This document shows, piece after piece, positions 62,184 to 64,000 of a DNA stretch of 64,000 nt; within the stretch, counting starts at the first letter, position 1; each line of letters starts with the position of its first letter. The DNA is from Ruminococcus sp. (GTDB lineage Bacteria > Bacillota > Clostridia > Oscillospirales > Acutalibacteraceae): assembly GCA_045635685.1 (NCBI GenBank), contig JAZTWD010000051.1:83222-147221 (forward strand), in the 5' to 3' direction. The position numbers were made by a program, and so were the translations under genes. The notes under the pieces were generated by a model that was given only the letters and a program-made list of their open reading frames with translations, had not been told where the DNA came from and ran no database searches.

Positions 62184-64000
62184 GGAAGTTGAAAAAATAT
62201 TATTAAAGGTTCAGAAGCCAGGTAAATACACAGGCGGTGAGCTTAATGCAATCATTAAAAACAAGGATGAGGTGGATTTAAGATTTGCCTTTTGTTTTCC
62301 TGACACCTACGAGGTAGGTATGTCTCACTTGGGTATGAAAATCCTTTATAGCCTTTTTAATTCTGTACCTTACATCTGGTGCGAGCGTGTGTTTGCACCT
62401 TGGATTGATATGGAAGAGCAGATGGTGAAGCACAATATCCCTCTTTACGCTTTAGAAAGCGGCGATGTATTATCTGAGTTTGATTTTATCGGCTTTACTC
62501 TGCAGTATGAGCTTTCCTACACCAATGTTCTTAATATGCTTAAAATGGGCAATGTTCCTGTGCTTTCAAAAGACAGAACAGAGCTCAAGAATATTGTTGT
62601 AGCAGGCGGTGCCTGTGCCTCTAACCCCGAGCCTTTAGCTGACTTTGTGGATATTTTCTTTATTGGTGAGGGCGAAGAGGTAGACCTTGAGGTTATGGAA
62701 CTTTTCCGCCAGTGCCGTAAAAATAATGAGTCCAAGCAGGAGTTCTTAGTAAAAGCCGCTCAGATTGAGGGCGTTTATGTTCCTGCTCTTTATGATGTTG
62801 AATACAACGAAGACGGCACAATCAAATCTTTTACTCCCAAATGCGGTGCTCCCGAAAAAATTCATAAACGTGTTATTATGGATATGGATAACGCATATTT
62901 CCCCGAAAGTTTTGTTGTTCCAAACGTTGAGATTGTTCATGATAGAGCAGTTTCTGAGATTTTCCGCGGATGTATCCGTGGTTGTCGTTTTTGTCAGGCA
63001 GGTTTTATGAACCGCCCTGTCCGTGAAAAGTCCATTGATACCATAAGCGACCAGTGCTACAAGCTTTGTAAAAATACAGGTTATGACGAGGTTTCTCTTA
63101 CCTCCCTTTCATCAAGCGACTATTCTCAGATTGTGCCTTTATTAACAAAGCTTACAGAGTGGACTGATGAGGAAAAAGTAAGCCTTTCTCTGCCTTCTTT
63201 GCGTGTTGACGGCTTTACTGATGATATTATGAGCAAAATCAAAACTGTCCGCAAGTCAGGACTTACTTTTGCTCCTGAGGCAGGCACTCAGAGGCTTCGC
63301 GATGCAATTAATAAAAATGTCCGCGAGAACGAGCTTTTAGAGACCTGTGCTACAGCTTTCAACGGGGGTTGGACTAACATAAAACTTTATTTTATGACAG
63401 GTCTGCCTACAGAAACCGATGAGGATTTAGAGGGTATCGCAAATCTGGGACAAGCTGTGGTAAATACATTCTACAGATGCGAAAACCGTGCAAAGGGTAG
63501 AGGAGTAAACGTTACCTGCTCAGCTTCATCTTTTATACCTAAGCCTTTTACACCTTTTCAGTGGGAAGCTCAGGATGATATCGACGAAATCAAGCGTAAG
63601 CAAATGGTAGTTAAAAATGCCATTAAGACTAAAAAAATCACATTTAATTATCACGATGCCGCCACAACCTTCCTTGAAGGTGTATTTGCAAGAGGCGACA
63701 GAAAGCTCTGTAAGGTTATGCTTAAAGCCTGTGAGAAGGGCTTTCATTTTGACGGATGGAGCGACTGCTTCTCAATCGACAAATGGCTTGAGCTTTTTGA
63801 AGAGTGCGGTATAGACCCTGAATTCTATACATCACGTAAGCGTAGCTTTGATGAGATTCTTCCTTGGGATTTCATCGACTACGGCGTTAACAAAAGCTTC
63901 CTTAAGTCCGAGTGCTTAAAAGCTTACGAAAGTGCTACTACCCCCAACTGCAGAGAAAAGTGCTCTGCCTGTGGTGCGGCAAAATATAAGGGAGGTGTCT
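62173..64000 (+). CDS. B12-binding radical SAM protein (TIGR03960-like), 3' truncated by window edge
   Basis: Not in the ORF track because it has no stop in the window. Read manually: MYPKEVEKILLKVQKPGKYTGGELN, FPDTYEVGMSHLG, RGCIRGCRFCQAG, LTFAPEAGTQRLR. Confidence 0.9.
   Translation, partial: MYPKEVEKILLKVQKPGKYTGGELNAIIKNKDEVDLRFAFCFPDTYEVGMSHLGMKILYSLFNSVPYIWCERVFAPWIDMEEQMVKHNIPLYALESGDVLSEFDFIGFTLQYELSYTNVLNMLKMGNVPVLSKDRTELKNIVVAGGACASNPEPLADFVDIFFIGEGEEVDLEVMELFRQCRKNNESKQEFLVKAAQIEGVYVPALYDVEYNEDGTIKSFTPKCGAPEKIHKRVIMDMDNAYFPESFVVPNVEIVHDRAVSEIFRGCIRGCRFCQAGFMNRPVREKSIDTISDQCYKLCKNTGYDEVSLTSLSSSDYSQIVPLLTKLTEWTDEEKVSLSLPSLRVDGFTDDIMSKIKTVRKSGLTFAPEAGTQRLRDAINKNVRENELLETCATAFNGGWTNIKLYFMTGLPTETDEDLEGIANLGQAVVNTFYRCENRAKGRGVNVTCSASSFIPKPFTPFQWEAQDDIDEIKRKQMVVKNAIKTKKITFNYHDAATTFLEGVFARGDRKLCKVMLKACEKGFHFDGWSDCFSIDKWLELFEECGIDPEFYTSRKRSFDEILPWDFIDYGVNKSFLKSECLKAYESATTPNCREKCSACGAAKYKGGV

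Overview
Core-chromosome segment of a low-GC, spore-forming Clostridia-class Firmicute. The two DAT.IQK-type dockerin proteins suggest an Oscillospirales / Ruminococcus bromii-like gut anaerobe (inference). Most of the window is housekeeping: addA (partial), nusB, a TsaD paralog, xseA, dnaE, pfkA, a complete 9-gene Na+-type V/A-ATPase operon, pflB-pflA behind a ZMP/ZTP riboswitch, ruvCAB-glmM-methyltransferase-ecfA1A2T-truA, a Clp ATPase, apgM, prfB, galU, six tRNAs, and a B12-binding radical SAM gene running off the right edge. Sporulation genes are scattered through it (spoIIGA-sigE, abrB, spmAB, spoVAF-like, spoIVFB). I found no integrase, transposase, prophage, CRISPR array or rRNA. The most interesting items are: (1) two secreted dockerin proteins, one fusing a starch-binding-like module to an esterase and one carrying a xDEAT pentapeptide tandem repeat; (2) a structured, roughly 200-bp tandem repeat downstream of tRNA-Gly containing direct and inverted copies of the tRNA 3' end; (3) a stand-alone SecB-like gene; (4) a RING-finger/zinc-ribbon membrane protein; (5) a ZTP riboswitch with an extra 12-bp alternative helix; (6) prfB without its usual frameshift. 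None of these is a demonstrated new system. Family calls come from motif recognition only; no database searches were run.
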